A stretch of DNA of 32,000 bases, from NCBI RefSeq assembly GCF_007748075.1, contig NZ_CP036280.1:2310001-2342000 (forward strand). Reading direction: 5' to 3'. Below the pieces are notes generated by a model. The model saw nothing but the letters and a program-made list of their open reading frames with translations. It ran no database searches and was not told the origin of the DNA. Positions 1 through 6,429 of the stretch are shown piece by piece (the first letter of the stretch is position 1; every line of letters begins with the position of its first letter). Source of the stretch: Mucisphaera calidilacus (GTDB lineage: Bacteria > Planctomycetota > Phycisphaerae > Phycisphaerales > Phycisphaeraceae). A program made the position numbers and the translations under genes.

Positions 1-36
1 GGGTGAAGCCCGACGAGGATCGGTGGATCGGGTGAT

Positions 37-1032
37 TCATGCGGCGCTGCGTCGGGTTGCCGAGAGCGTGAGGGGCAAGAGGAGTGCGAGGGTTGAGGGA
101 GTGGGGACGGCGTCGGTGTTGAAGTGAGTGGCAAGGAGAGAGAGGTCGAGGAGGTTGGTGGTGCCGTCGCCGTTGGCATCGCCCTGCGTCCAGCTGGTGT
201 TGGTGTCGTCGAAGCTGGCGGCGAGATTGGAGAGGTCGAGGAGGTCGACGGTGAAGTCGAGGTTGGTGTCTGCCGGGAGTGTGCCGATGAGGGTCTGGAT
301 GAGGTAGGTGCGGTCGTCGTTGTTGACGATGCCGTTGTTGTCGTAGTCCATGTCGGGTGTGGTGGTGTCGGTACGGAGGGCGAGGCTGATGGCGTCGATG
401 TCGTCGGCGGTGTAGTCGGGTGTGGAGACGTTATCGATCCATGTGAGGGTGATTTCGCCTGGGATAAAGAGCTCGCTGAGGGAGCCGGGTGTTCCGTTGA
501 GGTCCTGAGCAACGTAGACGGAGAAGGTGGCTTCGTAGGTTCCGGGTTCGTCGGTGACGTGCCAGTGGTGGGTCATGCGTCCGTCCCACTGCCAGTAGGC
601 GGGTGAGTCGTCGGTGGAGAAGATAGGCGCGAGCGTGTGTTCGCCGTTGAGGTCGCCGGAGATTCCGCCGCCGGCATCGGTGCCGTAGGCGCCTTCGTAG
701 ATGTGGAGTCCGGGCGTGCTGTCGATGCGTTCGATGAAAACCCCTTCGCCGGGTCCGGGCCCCCATCGTCCCTGCCGGAGCCAGCCGTACTGGGCGTTGT
801 AGGCGCGGTCTTCGAGAACGTCGTAGGGCGGGTCAAGGGGTGGTTCGCCGGGGACCATGAGCAGGCCGTCGCCCGGGTCGTCATCGAAGGTGATGACGAG
901 GGGGAAGCTGCCGTTGACGGGCGCCGCGACGCCGACGTTGAGGTGGTTCATGAGCCCGCCGAGGTAGACACCATCGGCGAGCGCATGGGTCGCGAGGCAG
1001 AGTGTCATGATCAGGGAGGTGAGGTTTCTCAT
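37..1032 (-). CDS. exported hypothetical protein with dockerin-like repeat pair and PEP-CTERM-type tail (paralog of 1029-1721)
   Basis: 331-aa ORF with a signal-like N-terminus (MRNLTSLIMTLCLATHALA). It has D-x-N-x-D-G repeats with LLDLS..LA..F motifs. The C-terminus is VPTPSTLALLLPLTLSATRRSAA (P-x-P, hydrophobic helix, basic cluster). The N-domain aligns with the upstream gene (PYDVL..NAQYGWL, IYEG, SPA.W.WD, Y..TF.VYV). The start ATG overlaps the upstream TGA (ATGA at 1029-1032). Confidence 0.8.
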   Translation of the reverse strand: MRNLTSLIMTLCLATHALADGVYLGGLMNHLNVGVAAPVNGSFPLVITFDDDPGDGLLMVPGEPPLDPPYDVLEDRAYNAQYGWLRQGRWGPGPGEGVFIERIDSTPGLHIYEGAYGTDAGGGISGDLNGEHTLAPIFSTDDSPAYWQWDGRMTHHWHVTDEPGTYEATFSVYVAQDLNGTPGSLSELFIPGEITLTWIDNVSTPDYTADDIDAISLALRTDTTTPDMDYDNNGIVNNDDRTYLIQTLIGTLPADTNLDFTVDLLDLSNLAASFDDTNTSWTQGDANGDGTTNLLDLSLLATHFNTDAVPTPSTLALLLPLTLSATRRSAA

Positions 1033-1721
1033 CGCCGGCGTGCTCCGAGGAGTACGAGGGGGAGCAGGAAGGCGGCGGAGGCGGGTTCGGGGAGGACGGT
1101 GAATCCGAGGGTGACGGTGGTGTCGGTGTAGGTGGTGATGGGGTTGGCGTCGAGGTCGCTGACGTAGACGCGGAAGGTGAGGTCGTAGTCACCCGGCGCG
1201 GAGAAGGTGTACCAGTTGTGCTGCATGAGGAAGTCGTCGTCCCAGACCCATGCGGCGGGGCTCGCGTCGGTACCGTGGATGGGGCTCATGGCGTGGCCGA
1301 CGCTGTTGAGCTGCATGCCGTTGCCGCCCTCGTAAATGCCGATGGTTCCGGGTCCGGCGGTGGAGAGGAGTTCGAAGGCGATGTGCTCGTCGGGAGCGAT
1401 GTCGATGGGCGTGAAGCCGATGGTCTGGTCTTCGAGCCAGCCGTACTGGGCGTTGAAGGGGATGTTGTTGAGGACGTCGTAAGGCGTGGTGTAGGGCCCG
1501 CCGGTCATGGCGACGAGTCGTTGATCGGGTGTTGCGCCGCCTGAGGGGCCGTCGCGGAGGATGGCGGAGACGGCGTTATTCTGGACGGCGACTTCGACGT
1601 GGATCATGCCGTTGCCGGGCATGCCGAGGCCGCTGGTCATGCCGGGCATCGGGGGGATGGCGGCGTGAGCGTTGGCGGCGGCGAGGGTGGTCAGGACGGT
1701 GAGGGAAGCGATGCGGAACAT
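1029..1721 (-). CDS. exported hypothetical protein with PEP-CTERM-type tail (paralog of 37-1032, lacks the dockerin-like repeats)
   Basis: 230-aa ORF with signal peptide MFRIASLTVLTTLAAANAHA. The C-terminus is LPEPASAAFLLPLVLLGARRR, a classic P-E-P, hydrophobic, RRR layout. It shares an N-domain with the downstream gene. Third-position GC is high, consistent with coding. Confidence 0.8.
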   Translation of the reverse strand: MFRIASLTVLTTLAAANAHAAIPPMPGMTSGLGMPGNGMIHVEVAVQNNAVSAILRDGPSGGATPDQRLVAMTGGPYTTPYDVLNNIPFNAQYGWLEDQTIGFTPIDIAPDEHIAFELLSTAGPGTIGIYEGGNGMQLNSVGHAMSPIHGTDASPAAWVWDDDFLMQHNWYTFSAPGDYDLTFRVYVSDLDANPITTYTDTTVTLGFTVLPEPASAAFLLPLVLLGARRR

Positions 1722-1816
1722 GGTTGGGTTTCTCCCGAGTGGACTGCGGTGCGCGACCGCAGTGGTGATTGGTGGGTCCCGGAGTCGTGTTGTGGATGAG
1801 GGGTTGCCTGAGGGGG

Positions 1817-2191
1817 TCAGGCTGCGGGCGGGGCGCGGTCGGAGCGGATGCGCAGGGCGTCGATCTGCTGGACGAGCGAGGGTGATTCGAGGGTGGGAAG
1901 GTCGTCGAGTCGTGTAACGACGGGGTCGAAGTGGACGGGTGGCGGCGGCGTGGTGATGGTTGCCTTGAGGTGGCAGATCATGCAGCCGCCGGCGGGTGGT
2001 GCGAGGGGTGTTTCGGTGTTGGCGGCTTTAGTAATGAGGCAGAGGGGGCAGGCGGCCGGGGTGTCGGGCGATCCGGGCAGGGCGATCGCACCGCGCTGGT
2101 GACCGGGGAGAATGACGGCAAACCAGAGCAGACACCAGAGGACCGACAGCCATCGGAGTGAGCGGCGTTGCATCTGTTTTAAAGGTAGCAT
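1817..2191 (-). CDS. small Cys-motif membrane protein, function unknown
   Basis: 124-aa ORF, with an alternative start at the second Met at 2173. It has one N-terminal hydrophobic helix (WLSVLWCLLWFAVILPG), then C-P-L-C and C-M-I-C-H motifs. Third-position GC is high after the first few codons. It sits on the same strand, 95 bp upstream of the paralog pair. No clear SD. Confidence 0.5.
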   Translation of the reverse strand: MLPLKQMQRRSLRWLSVLWCLLWFAVILPGHQRGAIALPGSPDTPAACPLCLITKAANTETPLAPPAGGCMICHLKATITTPPPPVHFDPVVTRLDDLPTLESPSLVQQIDALRIRSDRAPPAA

Positions 2192-2253
2192 GGTGTGAAG
2201 AAGGGGGAGCGATGAGTTTCCATTTTTGATGCTTTAGCCCGGAGGTTTGTGAG

Positions 2254-3642
2254 ATGTCGAAGTTACCAGCCGTGCCGAACACAACACGTCGAGGTTTTTT
2301 GAAGGGGACTGCGGGTCTCGCTGCGGCGGGTCTGGCGTTGTTCGGAGGCGGTCGGGCTTCGGGTCAGAGTTATGGTCGCGGGACACGGCATCGTGCAAGA
2401 AATGTTGTGTTCATGGTGAGCGACGGCATGAGCCAGGGCTGCTGGACGATGGCGGACATCGCGCGTCGTCGGCAGGGTCGCCGTTCGGCGTGGGCTTCGC
2501 TGTATGCGGGTGGTTCGCCGATGGCTCAGATGATGACGCACTCGGCGGACTCGCTGGTCACAGATTCGGCGGCGGCGGGGAGTGCGTGGGGGATCGGGGT
2601 GCACATCAATAACGGGTCGATCTGCATGCATGGGGGGAAGGCGTACGAGCCGATTTTGATGACGGCGCAGAAGCATGGATTGGCGACGGGTGTGGTGTCG
2701 ACGGCGCGGATCACGCACGCGACGCCTGCGAGTTTCTACGCGAACGTGGAGAGTCGTAATGATGAAGAGACAATCGCGGGACAGTTGCTGGATCGCGGCG
2801 TGGACCTGATGCTGGGCGGGGGTTCGCGTTTCTTCTCGGATGAGCTTCTGGCTAAGCATGGTGACGTGGTGGTGGTGCGTGACGCGAGGGGTCTGGCGTC
2901 GAAGTCGGGGACGGATGGCCGGCTGCTGGGGTTGTTCAACAGCAGTCACATGTCCTACGAGGCCGATCGGCCTGAGTCGGAACCGGACCTGAAGACGATG
3001 TCGATGACGGCGCTGGAGAACTTGGCGGCGCGGGATCAGGGCTTTGTGCTGCAGATCGAGAGCGGCCGTGTGGATCACGGCGGCCACGCGAACGACGCGT
3101 CGGCGAATCTGTTTGATCAGCTGGCGTTTGATGACGCTGTGGAGGCGGTGACGAACTGGGCGCGGCTTCGCGGGGATACGCTGGTGATCGTGACGACAGA
3201 TCACGGGACGGGTGGCCCGGAGCTGACGCTCTATATGGACGAGGGGAACGAGGCTTTCGAGCGGCTGCTCGGAGCAAAAGGGACGGCGACGGCGGTAGCG
3301 ATGGAGGCGGGTCGTGGCGAGGATCGTGTGGAACGGATGGTTCGGGGGTTCCGGGAGAAGTTCGGGATCGAACTCAGCGACGAGGAGCATGGCTACCTGC
3401 GCACCGTACTGGTGCAGGAGCGTCGCGGGGCGGCGTTCAGCGGGCTCGACCGGGAGGGGTGTGTCATCGGGGGTGTGCTGGCGAACCACTGGGGCGTGGG
3501 CTGGGTCAGCGGGAATCACACGGCCGAGATGGTTCAGGCGACGGCGATCGGCCCGGGGCGAGAGTTATTGCGGCCTCTGATGGACAACGTCGACTTCTAC
3601 CGCGTGATGATGGAGGCGTTGGGTTTGAGGGCGGTTTCGTGA
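2254..3642 (+). CDS. alkaline phosphatase (PhoA-type family) with twin-arginine signal
   Basis: 462 aa. GGAGG lies upstream of the ATG. The Tat-like N-terminus is TRRGFLKGTAGLAAAGLALFG. The alkaline-phosphatase active-site motif VTDSAAAGSA is present. Metal-ligand motifs are present: SDGMS, VDHGGHAND, VTTDHGTGG, GNHTAEMV. Confidence 0.9.
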   Translation: MSKLPAVPNTTRRGFLKGTAGLAAAGLALFGGGRASGQSYGRGTRHRARNVVFMVSDGMSQGCWTMADIARRRQGRRSAWASLYAGGSPMAQMMTHSADSLVTDSAAAGSAWGIGVHINNGSICMHGGKAYEPILMTAQKHGLATGVVSTARITHATPASFYANVESRNDEETIAGQLLDRGVDLMLGGGSRFFSDELLAKHGDVVVVRDARGLASKSGTDGRLLGLFNSSHMSYEADRPESEPDLKTMSMTALENLAARDQGFVLQIESGRVDHGGHANDASANLFDQLAFDDAVEAVTNWARLRGDTLVIVTTDHGTGGPELTLYMDEGNEAFERLLGAKGTATAVAMEAGRGEDRVERMVRGFREKFGIELSDEEHGYLRTVLVQERRGAAFSGLDREGCVIGGVLANHWGVGWVSGNHTAEMVQATAIGPGRELLRPLMDNVDFYRVMMEALGLRAVS

Positions 3643-3668
3643 TTGATTGACCGGCTTTTGATGCTGAG

Positions 3669-3698
3669 TTGACCGGCCGCGGTTGCCACGGCCATATT
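3669..3698 (+). promoter_or_regulatory. candidate sigma70-like promoter TTGACC-N18-CATATT (a second copy of TTGACCGGC lies 22 bp upstream at 3647-3655)
   Basis: Hexamers read directly in the AT-richer spacer downstream of the phosphatase gene. The promoter consensus of this lineage is unknown to me. Confidence 0.2.
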
Positions 3699-3825
3699 GT
3701 GGTGTTGAATTGCTGTTGCGTGGCTGATTTGCGCAGGGCTGGGTGGACGTTGACGTAACGTTAGGACCGGCGACGTGCCGGTGGCTGTTGGGAACATCCT
3801 TGTTTGAATGAATGGGGAAGGCATC

Positions 3826-3915
3826 ATGCTGTGCCCGTCGATGGATCTGCGCGTTCTTATGGCTGCTTCGCTCGGGCTGGGCGGGTTGCTGCTGACGCGT
3901 CGTCGTGCTGCCTGA
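3826..3915 (+). CDS. mini-ORF (29 aa; 35 aa if started at ATG 3808) resembling a bare PEP-CTERM-type tail
   Basis: Translation is MLCPSMDLRVLMAASLGLGGLLLTRRRAA. GGGGAAGG lies 5 nt upstream of ATG 3826. It ends in the same hydrophobic-helix-plus-RRRAA pattern as the tail of the 37-1032 gene (..LTLSATRRSAA). A strong intrinsic terminator follows. It is too short for codon statistics. Confidence 0.3.
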   Translation: MLCPSMDLRVLMAASLGLGGLLLTRRRAA

Positions 3916-3947
3916 GGATCAAAGGCTCTGGGGAAGGTGAGGGCCGA

Positions 3948-3977
3948 GCCCGCGCACGGGAGTGCGTGGGCTTTTTT
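3948..3977 (+). terminator. rho-independent terminator
   Basis: GCCCGCGCAC-GGGA-GTGCGTGGGC forms a 10-bp stem with one G-U pair. It is followed by TTTTTT. Confidence 0.6.
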
Positions 3978-3993
3978 GTGGGCGGGCGTCCGC

Positions 3994-4026
3994 TTGGTTG
4001 TGGCGCAGCAGTCCTGCTAGACTGCT
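3994..4026 (+). promoter_or_regulatory. candidate promoter TTGGTT-N18-TAGACT overlapped by inverted repeat AGCAGTC-N6-GACTGCT
   Basis: Read directly from sequence, about 20 bp upstream of the NfeD start. The inverted repeat (4007-4026) covers the putative -10 element. Confidence 0.2.
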
Positions 4027-4044
4027 CGAGTCCTCTGGGGATTC

Positions 4045-4638
4045 ATGTTGCTTGATTTTCTGAGACTCATCTTCGATTGGTACGGCTTACTCGACCTTGG
4101 TGTCGATGCGACGATCTATTTCGTGATGGCGATCGCGGGAACATTGTTTTTTCTGATGAAGCTGGGTCTGAGCTTTTTCGGTGGGGACATCGATTACGAC
4201 ATCGACACGGACTTCGACACCGACGCAGGCAGTTATTCGATCTTCAGTCTGCTGTCGATTGTCGCGTTCATGATGGGTGCTGGCTGGATGGGGCTGATCG
4301 CTCGGGCGGCGTGGGAGGTTGATCCGCTCCCGTCGGGATTCATGGCCGGTGGGTTCGGGCTGGCGATGATGTTTCTTGCGGCCGGGATGATGTGGGGGAT
4401 GGCGAAGCTGAATTCAGAGCCCAGGCCCGACCTCAAGACGGCGGTGGGCAAGACGGCGAAGGTGTACATGCCGATTCCCGTCAGGGGTGAGGGAGAGGGA
4501 CAGGTCCAGGTGACGGTCTCGGGTCGCCTGCGCACGATGCCGGCGGCGAGCGTCGGCGAGGCCTTCGAGACGTGGGCTACGGTTCGGGTGGCGGAGGTTC
4601 GGGATGACGGTGTTCTGCTGGTGGAGCCCGTCGCGTAA
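4045..4638 (+). CDS. NfeD-family membrane protein
   Basis: 197 aa with several N-terminal hydrophobic helices. The C-terminal soluble segment is typical of the NfeD OB-fold (GKTAKVYMPIPVRGEGEGQVQVTVSGRLRTMPAAS...VRVAEV...LLVEPV). It lies immediately upstream of an SPFH/flotillin gene, the classical pairing. Confidence 0.8.
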   Translation: MLLDFLRLIFDWYGLLDLGVDATIYFVMAIAGTLFFLMKLGLSFFGGDIDYDIDTDFDTDAGSYSIFSLLSIVAFMMGAGWMGLIARAAWEVDPLPSGFMAGGFGLAMMFLAAGMMWGMAKLNSEPRPDLKTAVGKTAKVYMPIPVRGEGEGQVQVTVSGRLRTMPAASVGEAFETWATVRVAEVRDDGVLLVEPVA

Positions 4639-4670
4639 TCCATTCGCCTTTTGAGGCATGAGGGAGTGTC

Positions 4671-6275
4671 ATGAACGGTTTACTTCTGGGGCAGGGCGTG
4701 TTGTCGGGTGTTGCTGTGGTCATTCTGATCGCGGTGCCGGTGCTGCTGATCTTCTTCGGCCTGATCCTGATGATCACGCGTTACCGGCGTTGTCCGTCCA
4801 ACCGGATTCTTGTGGTTTACGGGCGGGGCACGGGCGAGCGTTCGGCGAAGTGTGTGCACGGCGGCGGCGTGTTCGTGTGGCCGGTGATTCAGGACTACCA
4901 GTACCTGAGCCTCGAACCGATCACGATCGAGATCGAGCTAACGAGCGCGTTGAGCAAGAAGAACATTCGTGTGGCGGTTCCCTCGACGTTTACGATCGGC
5001 ATCAGTACCGAGGCGACGATCATGCAGAACGCGGCCGAGCGTCTGCTGGGACTGTCGGACGAGGAGATCGCGACGCAGGCCCGTGACATCATTCTCGGTC
5101 AGATGCGTCTCGTGATCGCCACGCTGACGATCGAGGAGATCAACCAGGACCGCGAGAAATTCCTTGACCTGGTGAACAAGAACGTCAATTACGAGCTGAA
5201 CAAGATCGGCCTGTACATGATCAACGTGAACATCCGGGACATCACGGATGAGAGCGGGTACATCACGGCGTTGGGTCAGAAGGCAGCTGCAGAGGCGATC
5301 AACCAGGCGAAGATTGAGGTCGCGGCGGCAGAGCGTGAGGGCGCGATCGGTACGGCGACGGCCAACCGCGAGCGTGACGTTCAGGTCGCGCAGCAGAAGA
5401 CGGCGAGCGAGACGGGTCAGAAAGAAGCCGAGCGCGAGATGCGGATCAAGGTGGCGGCGTTGGAGGCCCAGGGTATTTCGGGCGAGGCGGACGCAAAGCG
5501 TTCCCAGGACGTTGCGGTGGCCGAACAGGGCGCCCGGACGATCGAGGGTCAGAAGCAGGCGGAGGCTGACCAGCGTATTCGTGTGGCGTCGTTGGAGGCG
5601 AACGCGGTTGAGGGCGAGAACGATTCGAAGGCGAAGGTGGCGTCGTACGAGGCGACGCTGGCGGAAGCGCGTGCTGAGGCGAGGCGTCGGGGTGACGTGG
5701 CGTTGGCACAGTCCGCGCGTGACGTGCTGATGGCGGAGAAGGAACAAGAGCTGGCACGGATGGAGAAAGAGGTCATCGCGAAGGAGATGATCGAGCGTCA
5801 GCAGGTCGAGATCTCGGCGGAGGCCGAGGCAGAGCGTCAGCGCCGGATCGCGAAAGGCGAGGCGGACGCGGTACTGGCGAAGTATCTGGCGGAGGCCGAA
5901 GGCATCCAAAAGGTGCTCGAGGCGAAGGCCGAGGGTTACCGCCAGCTGATCGAAACCGTTGGGGATCGTCCGGAGCTGGCACCGAGCCTGCTGATTATCG
6001 AGAAGCTGCCTGAACTGGTGGCGGAGCAGGTGAAGGCGATCAGTGGCCTGAAGATCGACAAGATCACGGTGTGGGACTCGGGCGTGTCGGGCGAGAGCGG
6101 CACGGGGAGTACGGGCAGCTTTCTACGCGGCCTGATCGGGTCGCTTCCGCCGATTCATGAGCTGGCAAAACAGACGGGGATCGATCTGCCTGACTATCTC
6201 GGGGCCGTTGAGGAAGTCCAGCAAGTACAAGCAGAGAAGGAATCTGACCCGCCAGAGGATCCTGCGACGTCGTAA
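4671..6275 (+). CDS. flotillin-like SPFH (band 7) domain protein
   Basis: 534 aa. GAGGGAG lies upstream of the ATG. It has an N-terminal membrane helix and an SPFH-like core (RRCPSNRILVVYGR...FVWPVIQDYQYLSLEPITIEI). A long Ala/Glu/Arg-rich coiled-coil region with internal imperfect repeats is typical of bacterial flotillins (YqiK/FloT-like). Confidence 0.9.
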   Translation: MNGLLLGQGVLSGVAVVILIAVPVLLIFFGLILMITRYRRCPSNRILVVYGRGTGERSAKCVHGGGVFVWPVIQDYQYLSLEPITIEIELTSALSKKNIRVAVPSTFTIGISTEATIMQNAAERLLGLSDEEIATQARDIILGQMRLVIATLTIEEINQDREKFLDLVNKNVNYELNKIGLYMINVNIRDITDESGYITALGQKAAAEAINQAKIEVAAAEREGAIGTATANRERDVQVAQQKTASETGQKEAEREMRIKVAALEAQGISGEADAKRSQDVAVAEQGARTIEGQKQAEADQRIRVASLEANAVEGENDSKAKVASYEATLAEARAEARRRGDVALAQSARDVLMAEKEQELARMEKEVIAKEMIERQQVEISAEAEAERQRRIAKGEADAVLAKYLAEAEGIQKVLEAKAEGYRQLIETVGDRPELAPSLLIIEKLPELVAEQVKAISGLKIDKITVWDSGVSGESGTGSTGSFLRGLIGSLPPIHELAKQTGIDLPDYLGAVEEVQQVQAEKESDPPEDPATS

Positions 6276-6429
6276 TGTCTGAATGCGTTTCGATGGCGGG
6301 AGGAGTGGCCAGAACACCTGATGGTGCCTTTTCGTTGAGGTTGGTCCAAAGGGAGTGGCCGTGCGTAGAAATGGCGTTAGATTCCTGTAGGTACTGGTTT
6401 TGCAGCCACCGTGTTTCTTGAGGATCCCC

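Noticed and set aside
1817-2191. Calling the small protein a c-type cytochrome because of CMICH.
   Set aside because: A single CXXCH in a 124-aa protein of unknown family is weak evidence. I see no axial-ligand context or maturation genes. It is kept only as a motif observation.
6302-6360. Direct repeat GGAGTGGCC (6302-6310 and 6352-6360) upstream of the GH57 gene as a regulator binding site.
   Set aside because: This is only a 9-mer pair in GC-rich DNA with no palindromic structure or further copies noticed. It could easily be chance.
6400-6429. Upstream-extended starts given by the ORF track (6400, 9399, 19898, 17135, 18831, 29793).
   Set aside because: In five of the six cases an internal ATG preceded by a GGAGG/GAGGA-like SD gives a proper signal peptide or conserved N-terminus (6430, 9450, 19955, 18849), or removes a gene overlap (17075). 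For 29793 there is no SD evidence; I prefer ATG 29880 only because third-position GC becomes coding-like from there. The extensions have atypical codon composition.
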